Shown here piece after piece: positions 9,956 to 18,114 of a DNA stretch of 58,554 nt (the stretch's first letter is position 1; each line of letters begins with the position of its first letter). Both the position numbers and the translations under genes were made by a program. The notes below the pieces were generated by a model. That model ran no database searches and was not told the DNA's origin. It was given only the letters and a program-made list of their open reading frames with translations. This DNA is from Pseudomonas phage E21: the sequence record PV596763.1; one strand, given 5' to 3'.

Positions 9956-10438
9956 TTACAGATCATCGTCATCGTCTGAGGCATCATCTGATTCGCCGTT
10001 AAGCGATGCTTCACACGCTTGGAAAACAGCTTCATATTTATCTTCTGGGATCTGTCCCATCTTCTCAACACCGCCGACTTCATTGATAATGCGAACCGCT
10101 TCATCTTTGTCAATATCAGCTCGAACTTTGCGAAGCGATTCGGTAATGTCTGATTTAGTGTATTTAGGTTTATCAGAAGCCTTGTCAGATTGTTTTTCAG
10201 ATTTTTTAGACGTAGATTTTTTATCTGCTTTCTTTTCTTCTGTCTTAGTTTCTGACTTGCTTTCAGATTTAGTTTCAGATTTGCTTTCAGCTTTATCGTC
10301 GGCCTTAGTTTCAGTTTTACCTGATGCTACGCCGTTTGCTACTAACGCTTCGATGTTTCCGTTTAACTTCTCGATATTCTCATTTAAAGTTGCGAAGCTA
10401 GCTAATAACATTTCTAAAACGCCGTTTTGTTGTGACAT
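9956..10438 (-). CDS. hypothetical acidic protein (coiled-coil N-terminus, K/S/E/T low-complexity linker, DDDDDL C-terminus)
   Basis: 160 aa. First gene of the leftward replication operon. Strong compositional bias. Confidence 0.5.
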   Translation of the reverse strand: MSQQNGVLEMLLASFATLNENIEKLNGNIEALVANGVASGKTETKADDKAESKSETKSESKSETKTEEKKADKKSTSKKSEKQSDKASDKPKYTKSDITESLRKVRADIDKDEAVRIINEVGGVEKMGQIPEDKYEAVFQACEASLNGESDDASDDDDDL

Positions 10439-10489
10439 AATTCAAATTCCTTAATTAGTTGACTGGATTGTCTCGTTTCGACACGGCCT

Positions 10490-10517
10490 ATAATACTCGT
10501 TATGAAATCCCTGTCAA
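10490..10517 (-). promoter_or_regulatory. sigma70-like promoter for leftward replication operon
   Basis: On minus strand TTGACA (10512-10517), 16-nt spacer, TATTAT (10490-10495), about 50 nt upstream of the 10438 start. Confidence 0.55.
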
Positions 10518-10711
10518 CACCTTTTTGACGAAATTTTTATATCGGGTATCCACCTCAATGTTAGGCCACCCGAAAAGTTTCATTGCCGGTAAGATGTTTA
10601 TCGCCGATTAGGTGATACTTTTATCCTCTCAACTGATATCGCTCTCAGGTGGCCGTAGATTTAAGTCCGTTCACGTATTGACTTTCTGTTTTAAGTGGAA
10701 TATCCCGCGCG

Positions 10712-10741
10712 TTGACTTATCTATAATTCTTGCGGTATTAT
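10712..10741 (+). promoter_or_regulatory. possible sigma70-like promoter for rightward primase operon
   Basis: TTGACT (10712-10717), 18-nt spacer, TATTAT (10736-10741). The 18-nt spacing is suboptimal. Confidence 0.3.
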
Positions 10742-10790
10742 CTGCGTCTACCCTCGGGTTAGATTTATCACAACTAAGGAGCAAGTATTT

Positions 10791-11075
10791 ATGAAAGAGA
10801 GTAATTTCCCATCGTGGGCGAAGAACAATAAAACGGGTCGACTTAAATTCATGATCCGGCATTTAGCCAGTTTCGCTTCGGAGGAGGGCCACCTAGTTTT
10901 CCTGTGCCGAGACGCTAAACTGTCGGTTCGTGGTGTCTCACAAGCAATCGACCGAGGAGAATTCACCTTTCAAATGGCGGATAAACTCGTTAAGGCTGCA
11001 AGCGTTGCTGGAAACCCGGACGTCACAGTTATGAACTTATTAAAACCTATGGAATCATTTAAAGAGGACAAATAA
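10791..11075 (+). CDS. hypothetical protein
   Basis: 94 aa. AAGGAG 10 nt upstream of ATG. Stop overlaps the primase start (TAATG). Confidence 0.45.
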   Translation: MKESNFPSWAKNNKTGRLKFMIRHLASFASEEGHLVFLCRDAKLSVRGVSQAIDRGEFTFQMADKLVKAASVAGNPDVTVMNLLKPMESFKEDK

Positions 11076-13750
11076 TGTCTAACGTTTTCAAATCTCGTGG
11101 CCCTGAACTTTTCGACAATGGATACGAAGTCGTACCTATTACTCGTATCGACGCAACTGACAGCAAAGGGAAATTATTGTCTGGCGCGGGTAAAGCCCCG
11201 GCGTTAAAAGGGTGGCAGAAAATAGAGATCACTTCTGACATCGTTAATGAATGGGCGACGGGTAGTCGCTCTCGCTGTGGTGTGGGTATTCGTACCCACC
11301 GTAACCCTGCTGTCGATATCGACTGTTTAGACGCCGAAGCGTCCGAACACATGACGGCTTTCGTTGAGTCGGAAGTGGGCTTTGCTCCTATCCGTGTTGG
11401 GCGTGAACCTAAAGCGCTACTTCTCTATTATACAGAACGTCCTTTCACAAAAGTAAAATCAACCATCTTCGTTGATGAAAACGGGAATGAAAACGCTGTC
11501 GAGATATTAGGAAGCGGGCAACAATTCGTTGCTTACGGTATCCACCCGGGAACTAAGAAACCGTATAAATGGGTTACTAAAGGCGAGTCGCCTGCGGAAA
11601 ACCAAGCGGATTTTGACCTAGAAGAAATAACACTAGAAGACGCGAGAAAAATTATTGCGGAATTCGACCGGTATGCGAAAGAGCGCGGTTGGAAACCTTT
11701 AAAAAGTAAAAGCGGTACGGTCATCAAGCCATCTATGGGTTACTACTTAGATGCTCCGGAAGAACTATCAGACTGGTCGGACGAGTCAGACTTTGACGAT
11801 GATGAAGACGATTGGGTCACTACTGATGATATCACCGATAAATGGGACGGGACTTACGAAGAACTTTACGAGATCTTCGAAAACGATATCGAGCCATCTT
11901 ACGATTATCATACTTGGATTCCTGTTCTGGCTGCACTTAAAGACGCCGAACGTGAGCCGGACGAGTTTAAAGAGATCGCGAGAATGTGGTCTGCTCGGGC
12001 CGAGGGGTCTTTCGATAATGATGCCTTTGAAGATAAATGGGAAAACGGTAATTTCAATCGTGTTGGTAAATACGCTAAGACATTACGAGGAGTAATTGCC
12101 GAAGCGGAAAAGATCCAAGGCGTTCGCGAAATTGAAGACGTAGTTATACCTTTATTCGAAAAAGCTACGGACTTGGCCGAGTGGACTTTAGCTGCCGACC
12201 GCCTACGTGAAACGTGGGCTTTCGGTTTAGAAAGAGAGACGGCCATAAACATTGCTTGCGAAAAGTATAAGAAAGTCACTAACGGGCTAAAACTGACGGA
12301 CGTTCAAAAGAAACGATATCTTAGTATCGATTACTCTCTTTTTGATGCGCCGGAGTGGTTAGCACCTTGGGTTTATTGTACTACGGATAACGAGTTTATT
12401 AACTTAGACAATAGAACCAGAATGAACCCTAAATCTTTCGCGAATGCCTATAACCGAGAAACTGTGAAGAAATTCGGGGTCGCTGCGGACGTTTTCGCCA
12501 CGGTTGAACGACCGGTTCCTGTTATCCACGATACGATGTATTACCCGTTGATGCACGGTGAGATGCCTAAGAACAAATGGAAGCGAGTTCCGGGTATTAA
12601 TGACAAGCGTGTTTTCGAATACAACGGTTTGACGTTCTTAAATACCTTTGACCATCGTTCCATGCCTGAGACAGCTACTAAAATTTCGACCGCCGGATAT
12701 AAGGCGATCGGGGAGGTAAAACGATACTTCGAAATACAGTATCCAGACCCGGACGAACGAAGACATGCGATGGACTGGATCGCGTGGGTTATCAACAACC
12801 CTGTTAGAAAGATTAACTATATGCTTCTCGTTCTTGGTGGTCAGGGTTCCGGTAAAACCATCGTTAAGAAATTTATGGAACACATGCTCGGTTCTGATAA
12901 CGTTTCTACGATTTCGAATAAGGTTATCCATGGTAATTTTACCGGGTGGCAGTCTGGCCACATGCTAAAAGTTATTGAGGAAATATCGGTGAGTGGTCAT
13001 CGCTACGACGTTATGAACTCATTGAAAGAGCCGATATCGAATGAAACGTTACAGATCGAAGCGAAGTACCGTGACCCGCGCCAGTGTGTGAATACTTCGT
13101 CGTATATGGCATTTACCAATGATGTTGGTGCTTTGCCTCTTACATCAAGTGACCGTCGCTTCTTGTTAGTTCGTAGTGCGTTCCAGCATAAGCGTGAAGT
13201 CACGGAATACCTACGGAAAGACCCTAATTACTTTAAACGGTTTGAGAAAGCCTTTACTAAACACGCACCGGAGATCCGCAAATGGTTTAGCGAGTGGGAG
13301 TATTCCGAGGGCTTCAAACACGATGGTAACGCTCCTGAAACGGTGAGTATGGGAAGCATGTCTTTAGCGTCAGAAGACGATTTCACCTCCGTAGTAATGG
13401 GGGCCGTAGATGATTGTGAGAAAGAGTTAGAATTTACATCGGGGATCACAGACGAAGTAATTTTCATTCCATCGGCAGTAGATTTAGTCCGAGATAGGTC
13501 TAAGGTTCCTAACGGGAAAATAATATATCGCATACTCGCTGAATATGGTTTCTTCCGGCCTGTGGATTCTCGTACACAAATAAGATTTAATGACGTAAGA
13601 GGACAAGTTGTTGTCGCGAATAGACATAAATGGCTCTATCCTGATGGGAGTGTCAACGTAGATAAGATTAAAGAGCATTTAGAGGAGAACGAACGCCGGG
13701 TAGAAGAACAAGAAAGCAAGAGAGAGTTAGAGGAAACTGACGTTTTCTAA
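11075..13750 (+). CDS. DNA primase/helicase (prim-pol-like N-terminal domain + D5/P4-type SF3 helicase)
   Basis: 891 aa. C-terminal Walker A LVLGGQGSGKT. N-terminal region typical of bifunctional primase-polymerase proteins. Size and architecture match phage/plasmid primase-helicases. Confidence 0.75.
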   Translation: MSNVFKSRGPELFDNGYEVVPITRIDATDSKGKLLSGAGKAPALKGWQKIEITSDIVNEWATGSRSRCGVGIRTHRNPAVDIDCLDAEASEHMTAFVESEVGFAPIRVGREPKALLLYYTERPFTKVKSTIFVDENGNENAVEILGSGQQFVAYGIHPGTKKPYKWVTKGESPAENQADFDLEEITLEDARKIIAEFDRYAKERGWKPLKSKSGTVIKPSMGYYLDAPEELSDWSDESDFDDDEDDWVTTDDITDKWDGTYEELYEIFENDIEPSYDYHTWIPVLAALKDAEREPDEFKEIARMWSARAEGSFDNDAFEDKWENGNFNRVGKYAKTLRGVIAEAEKIQGVREIEDVVIPLFEKATDLAEWTLAADRLRETWAFGLERETAINIACEKYKKVTNGLKLTDVQKKRYLSIDYSLFDAPEWLAPWVYCTTDNEFINLDNRTRMNPKSFANAYNRETVKKFGVAADVFATVERPVPVIHDTMYYPLMHGEMPKNKWKRVPGINDKRVFEYNGLTFLNTFDHRSMPETATKISTAGYKAIGEVKRYFEIQYPDPDERRHAMDWIAWVINNPVRKINYMLLVLGGQGSGKTIVKKFMEHMLGSDNVSTISNKVIHGNFTGWQSGHMLKVIEEISVSGHRYDVMNSLKEPISNETLQIEAKYRDPRQCVNTSSYMAFTNDVGALPLTSSDRRFLLVRSAFQHKREVTEYLRKDPNYFKRFEKAFTKHAPEIRKWFSEWEYSEGFKHDGNAPETVSMGSMSLASEDDFTSVVMGAVDDCEKELEFTSGITDEVIFIPSAVDLVRDRSKVPNGKIIYRILAEYGFFRPVDSRTQIRFNDVRGQVVVANRHKWLYPDGSVNVDKIKEHLEENERRVEEQESKRELEETDVF

Positions 13751-13774
13751 AATATCGCGATTTTCGGTTTAAAG

Positions 13775-13798
13775 AGGTCACATTACGTGGCCTTTTTT
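13775..13798 (+). terminator. rho-independent terminator after primase-helicase gene
   Basis: aggtcac-attac-gtggcct (7-bp stem, one G-U) followed by TTTTTT, 25 nt after the stop. Confidence 0.55.
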
Positions 13799-13805
13799 AT
13801 TGCCC

Positions 13806-13828
13806 GAAAAACGACGCTCCCGATCGGG
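13806..13828. repeat. direct repeat copy 1, AAAAAYGACGYTCCCGATCGG (contains 10-bp palindrome CCCGATCGGG with GATC)
   Basis: Second copy at 14786-14807. The two copies bracket most of the non-coding region. Confidence 0.6.
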
Positions 13829-13854
13829 AATGCACGTTTGGTCAAAAAATGAGC

Positions 13855-13871
13855 GTACAAAATTTATACAG
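13855..13871. repeat. palindromic site GTACAAAATTTATACAG (operator-like), copy 1
   Basis: Related sites at 13973-13991 (CTGTACAAATTTTATACAG, near-perfect inverted repeat) and 14077-14097. Confidence 0.5.
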
Positions 13872-13972
13872 AAAAACGTTCAATATTTAACCGATTTTCG
13901 GGTGATCGGATTTTTTGAGTGAATTTCCAATTTTTCATTTTTCCATTTTTTGGTCGAAAAACGCCGAAAATG

Positions 13973-14028
13973 CTGTACAAATTTTATACAGGGTTTTTTG
14001 ACACAAAGTGTGTCGGACATGTGTTCCG
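13973..14028. repeat. cluster of palindromes
   Basis: CTGTACAAATTTTATACAG (13973-13991), GACACAaagTGTGTC (14000-14014), CGGACATGTGTTCCG (14014-28). All read directly from the sequence. Confidence 0.55.
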
Positions 14029-14099
14029 ACGTGTGCGTGCCAGTTAACGTGTTGATTTCCTTAGAAACGCATTTTTTATACTGTACAAAAATCACCCAA

Positions 14100-14230
14100 C
14101 ACACATGATCGAATTACCTTTATATAGCTTATATATATATTTTTCTATTTTTCCTTTCCTATCTATTTTTTCTTTCTTCTGGAATTTCTATTTTATTACC
14201 TATTACTGTGTTTGCTGTGTCAGAAAGAAA
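14100..14230. other. AT-rich tract (possible DNA-unwinding element)
   Basis: tatatagcttatatatatatttttctatttttcctttcctatctattttttctttcttc. Lies within a 1.4-kb ORF-free region next to the primase gene. Confidence 0.35.
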
Positions 14231-14785
14231 GTAATATAGTAAAAACAATAACTTACCTTAGAACACTTATTGGAACATCAGCCGGCACAGCAATTTCCTG
14301 TGACACACCACCGACCATGGTAATACCTAAAACCGCGTATAACTGTTTGATATTGTTAGGGAATCTCCTAAAACGCCGGCCATTAGGGTAAACCCTCTCT
14401 CCTATTCCACTAGCTACGCTAGACCGGAAGTAAGTTAATCAAATCAATGGTTTACGACGAGGGGCTATGGCAGATCCCGGACAAATTTTAGGAAGACGGC
14501 TCTGCGCACCCCCGCCCAACCGGACAACTCGTCCAAGTACCTTTTTCGATTTAAAAGTGATTCTTCTCTGGAACGCACGGAGAGACGCGCACAGGCTTTA
14601 GCAATAGGGGGCATCACCTAACACCGCGATCGCCTCGCACAATCGCACACGCTTACGATTTGAAGCACATCTAACCCACAACACCGCCCACCCGAACACC
14701 CATACGCCGAAACATCACGAAAAGCGGTTATATTTGTAAAAACGTCGTGCGGTACAACCGCCCACCCGAACACCCGCACAAAACG

Positions 14786-14807
14786 TAAAAATGACGTTCC
14801 CGATCGG
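14786..14807. repeat. direct repeat copy 2, AAAAATGACGTTCCCGATCGG
   Basis: See copy 1 at 13806. Confidence 0.6.
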
Positions 14808-15159
14808 CGTGTTCACCCGAGACGCTATACCCCCGCTCAACGGATACGACCGACAAACTTAAAACCCCCTTTAAGTCGGAACAAATGTATCAACGAGAAT
14901 CGCCCTCAATCGAACCACGCGGGCATAACACATCGTAGGTAATACATCGGCATCACCTAGCGGGTAAAACACGCTGAGAACGCAACACATGGCTTTACGG
15001 CAATTTTCCATAGGGTGGGGGGAATGTGAGAGAGTGAGGGCTTGGGTTGGTGGTGTTGGGTGGGTTGGCGCTGGCGCGACCGCATGGATAGAACGACGGC
15101 CAAGAACGAGAAAAGCCCCGCACGAATGCGAGGCCTTGAGGGTGGGCTGTGTGGGACGG

Positions 15160-15399
15160 CTACCGGATTGTTAGGGCGACGCCTCCGGCGAACACCAAGA
15201 CCGCAACGCAAACCATGAAGACGATCATCAGGATAGCGCCGAGGGATTCGAGAACTAACGTAGTGCGGTGTAGACCGTCGAAACCGTGGTTTTGTATGGC
15301 GCGGAAAAAGAACGCGAGAATGTAAATCGAAATCAGACCGAAGAAACACACGGCGCCCACGTTGTACACACCGGAGAGTAGCATCTTGAGAATGCTCAT
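15160..15399 (-). CDS. small membrane protein (two predicted TM helices)
   Basis: Start revised to the ATG at 15399 (MSILKMLLSGVYNVGAVCFFGLISIYILAFFF...). That ATG overlaps the TGA of the upstream gene (ATGA coupling). The track's longer N-terminal extension is Arg-rich and unlikely. Confidence 0.45.
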   Translation of the reverse strand: MSILKMLLSGVYNVGAVCFFGLISIYILAFFFRAIQNHGFDGLHRTTLVLESLGAILMIVFMVCVAVLVFAGGVALTIR

Positions 15400-15974
15400 T
15401 TTCGACCGCCTCGTGCTTTTCGTTCTGCGATTATGTCTTTCTGGCAATAGTCGCTTAGTTTTTCCCAATCGTCGGGGATCTCGACGTAATCGCCACTTTC
15501 TAGGCGGGAAATCATCAACGACTCAGAAAAGTAAATCCGCTCATTGGTTCGCACGTTCACATACTCCGCAAACATTCCGCGAGGGTGTTCTGACCCATTA
15601 CGTCGCAACGTCGCACCCGTGTGAGCGATGGGGTCTTTACCATTTTTGACGTAGACTAGCGACGGAAACTTAAAGCGTCCTTCCAGATCCTGAGTTTGTT
15701 CGTCCTCCTCGAACTTCACGCCACAGAACGGGCAATAATTCATAAACACCGGAAAATCAGATTTTGTTACCGTCGAGTAGAGCGTCCCGTCAGGTCGACG
15801 TTCTTGATATTCCACGGTGAAGTCTAGAAAATATCGGGTTTTCAACTTTTTATTTTCAATAGCTAACACTTCTGTTTTCCACTCCGCCGAGTGTATTATT
15901 GCGCCGTTCGGCAACTTACCGGCCACCCGATCAGCCATCGATTTTTGAATACGATCGAAACAGTTACAACTCAT
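15396..15974 (-). CDS. hypothetical Cys-containing (putative Zn-binding) protein
   Basis: 192 aa. C3/C5 near the N-terminus and a CPFC pair. Confidence 0.45.
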   Translation of the reverse strand: MSCNCFDRIQKSMADRVAGKLPNGAIIHSAEWKTEVLAIENKKLKTRYFLDFTVEYQERRPDGTLYSTVTKSDFPVFMNYCPFCGVKFEEDEQTQDLEGRFKFPSLVYVKNGKDPIAHTGATLRRNGSEHPRGMFAEYVNVRTNERIYFSESLMISRLESGDYVEIPDDWEKLSDYCQKDIIAERKARGGRK

Positions 15975-16064
15975 AATAATTGACTCCTAACAGACGAGTA
16001 GATGACGAAACACGCGCCCACCATCACAAAGGTAATACCGGCCAAACTTACAGCGCGTAATCTC

Positions 16065-16184
16065 TCAAGCGTTTCTTCGGGTCGTCGCTTTGTTCACCCC
16101 CACGACACACAGGACAGCCACGCCGAACCCTAATACCATTAACACGACACCGAGAAAGAACGGCCAAACGTTGATTATTTCCAT
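16065..16184 (-). CDS. small hydrophobic protein, 39 aa, single TM (absent from ORF track, below length cutoff)
   Basis: ATG at 16184 preceded by GGGGGTGG 7 nt upstream. Translation MEIINVWPFFLGVVLMVLGFGVAVLCVVGVNKATTRRNA. Fills a 220-nt gap. Confidence 0.35.
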   Translation of the reverse strand: MEIINVWPFFLGVVLMVLGFGVAVLCVVGVNKATTRRNA

Positions 16185-16197
16185 TTTCGGCCACCCC

Positions 16198-16887
16198 CTA
16201 GCGATCCATAAATTGAGTGTTTGCTATTCCGTGCGGATTAATGTCGATATCCCCGTAGGTGTCCGCGACAACGTTTAACACAATCCCCACGCTAGAATCG
16301 AACCGGTCGCAAAATAAATCGCCCTCGCTGACTAGGTAAGGCTGGCGGAGTGTTTGCAGGTCAGTTAATACGGTGAGCGTGTTCAAGTTCTCCCCCGCGT
16401 CTAGCTCTGATTGCGTTAGTTCCTCGTCCTCTAGAACTTTCTCCCCTTGACATACTAGAACCGATTTACCGTTATCTTTCGCCAAGGGTGAGGTAATTAA
16501 ATAACAATCGTTTTTCCATGTGCCGAGATTCACGCCACCTATCAACGACGGAATGATTAACGGAGTTTTGACGTCACCTAGTAGGGTATTTATCGGCAAT
16601 AAATCAACATGGAGAAAGTCGAACGAGTGAAAGCCGGCATTATGCGCTACGATCAGCTTTTCCATACCAAGCGCCCAAAAGCGCACACGGTTAAACCAAT
16701 CGTCCGGAACCAAGCCAAGAGGCTCAACGTCGCCCAGTTCATGATCCATTTTGTGCAAGTGATACGATGCCCCACTGGCTTTAGTGCGGAAATCTTCAAA
16801 TCTAATATTTGTATGGAAAACGGCGCCCGCTTTAGTGTGGATCTTCATGTCAAACGTGTTTTGAGTGCAACCAGTTAGTACGATCAT
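16198..16887 (-). CDS. hypothetical protein with DEDD-exonuclease-like Exo II/Exo III motifs
   Basis: 229 aa. VAHNAGFHSFDFL resembles the DnaQ Exo II motif and YGDID resembles Y-x3-D Exo III. No convincing Exo I D-x-E found. Confidence 0.4.
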   Translation of the reverse strand: MIVLTGCTQNTFDMKIHTKAGAVFHTNIRFEDFRTKASGASYHLHKMDHELGDVEPLGLVPDDWFNRVRFWALGMEKLIVAHNAGFHSFDFLHVDLLPINTLLGDVKTPLIIPSLIGGVNLGTWKNDCYLITSPLAKDNGKSVLVCQGEKVLEDEELTQSELDAGENLNTLTVLTDLQTLRQPYLVSEGDLFCDRFDSSVGIVLNVVADTYGDIDINPHGIANTQFMDR

Positions 16888-16939
16888 TTTTTAAATCCTT
16901 TAGTTTTAATTCAAGCCAAATTATTAAATATTAGTTTCT

Positions 16940-17731
16940 TTAAGGTAGCGGGCGGAACTCAATGAGAGGCGAACCGCCATCAATCATGAAATTCTCGATC
17001 ACTGATGACAGTCGGGCTTTCTGGTTTACTGCGATAGTCTCATAGTCACCGCTCCGACCGTACACCCGTAAAACTTTCGTCGGCGCACTATGCGATAAAA
17101 TGGCGACATTACCGTTACGGATATCATAGGCCAGTCGGTCGAGGGTGTAGAACATCGAACCCGCGTATTGTAGATCGTTATTAAACATCGTATTTATAGA
17201 CGCGATAATCTTGATCGCCCCTTGATTATTTCTAGCGCATTTGAAGTTTAGAACTTGGCCACGATATACGACACCAAACGACTTGCGAACGATCAAGAGG
17301 CTATCCATAAGCACTAAATCCAAAGGGTCGGTTTTCTCCGCTTTACGCGTCATTGCCTCAAGCCCTCGGCGTTGCTGTGCGCTTGGTTGCTCCGACTTAC
17401 GCAAAGATACGTGATTCGGTTTATCTAGTGATACGGTTTTATTTGATAACTCGGTCAAGTAGTCAACAGAACCACACGCACGGATCTTGTTCTCGACGAT
17501 ATTAAAACTTCCGGCTTCTACGGTTTCGGTTGCCACTTTCTCGCCCACGGTAACGGTGATGATGGCTTTATACGTTAGTTTTTCGCCGGCGGAATATTTA
17601 ACTTTAATTGATGCGGTCGCGTCTTTGTTTGTGTAAGTAACCGTTTCATAGTGCGTAGGGTTGGCTTTGATAACGTTACAAATTTGACGTAATTCCGCAC
17701 GTTCTGAAGCACCGATAGTAATCTTTTTCAT
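16940..17731 (-). CDS. hypothetical protein
   Basis: 263 aa. Preceded by a conserved promoter/5'UTR cassette and GAGG 9 nt upstream. Confidence 0.5.
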   Translation of the reverse strand: MKKITIGASERAELRQICNVIKANPTHYETVTYTNKDATASIKVKYSAGEKLTYKAIITVTVGEKVATETVEAGSFNIVENKIRACGSVDYLTELSNKTVSLDKPNHVSLRKSEQPSAQQRRGLEAMTRKAEKTDPLDLVLMDSLLIVRKSFGVVYRGQVLNFKCARNNQGAIKIIASINTMFNNDLQYAGSMFYTLDRLAYDIRNGNVAILSHSAPTKVLRVYGRSGDYETIAVNQKARLSSVIENFMIDGGSPLIEFRPLP

Positions 17732-17784
17732 TTTAAAATCCTCAATACTGGTTAAAGTTTCCGGTTCGTTCCGGCTATGTGTGT

Positions 17785-17813
17785 AATATAATGCTACCGC
17801 TTTCAGGTGTCAA
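17785..17813 (-). promoter_or_regulatory. sigma70-like promoter, cassette copy A
   Basis: Minus strand TTGACA (17808-17813), 17 nt, TATATT (17785-17790). Lies within an ~85-bp element repeated at 19503-19588 and 20982-21066. Confidence 0.6.
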
Positions 17814-17892
17814 CAAGTTTTTGTGATTATTTTAGATAATAAAAAAGGACGGCCACCCGAAAAGATGACCGCCCCGATTGTTGATGCTTCGA

Positions 17893-18114
17893 TTACCGTG
17901 TGAGCATCGTAACCACGGAATTTTTAACCATTTCCAATGAATCCCCGCCAAGGCTCACACCTTGCCCGCAGAAAGTCCACGGCTTGAGGTGGTGGGGCGT
18001 CTTGGCAATCGTCCCGATCCACACCCCACCCGCAACAACGTAATAAATATTTTCGCCTCGCTCTTGATAAATCTCGATCGTCTTATCCATGGTTGGATTA
18101 TTTACCGGCTTCAT
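17893..18114 (-). CDS. hypothetical protein
   Basis: 73 aa. Overlaps the downstream gene by 17 nt. Confidence 0.35.
   Translation of the reverse strand: MKPVNNPTMDKTIEIYQERGENIYYVVAGGVWIGTIAKTPHHLKPWTFCGQGVSLGGDSLEMVKNSVVTMLTR

Noticed and set aside
10457-10494. Plus-strand promoter TTGACT ... TATAAT at 10459-10494
   Set aside because: A perfect -10 (TATAAT 10489-94) exists but the only good -35 is 24 nt away. The same bases serve as the -10 region of the better-spaced minus-strand promoter.
14050-14082. Plus-strand promoter TTGATT-19 nt-TATACT reading into the non-coding region
   Set aside because: A 19-nt spacer and a poor alternative -10 give weak support. Mentioned only as context for the palindrome cluster.
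13800-15160. tRNA genes in the ORF-free region (and in 19500-20040)
   Set aside because: Scanned by eye for T-loop-like GGTTCRANYCC/GTTCGA motifs and cloverleaf-compatible inverted repeats. None found. tRNAscan-SE would be needed to be sure.
14957-15349. 130-aa Arg/Pro-rich minus-strand ORF and 61-aa plus ORF in the non-coding region
   Set aside because: Composition artefact of the C-rich/G-rich tract. Overlaps the better-supported 79-aa membrane-protein gene start. No RBS.
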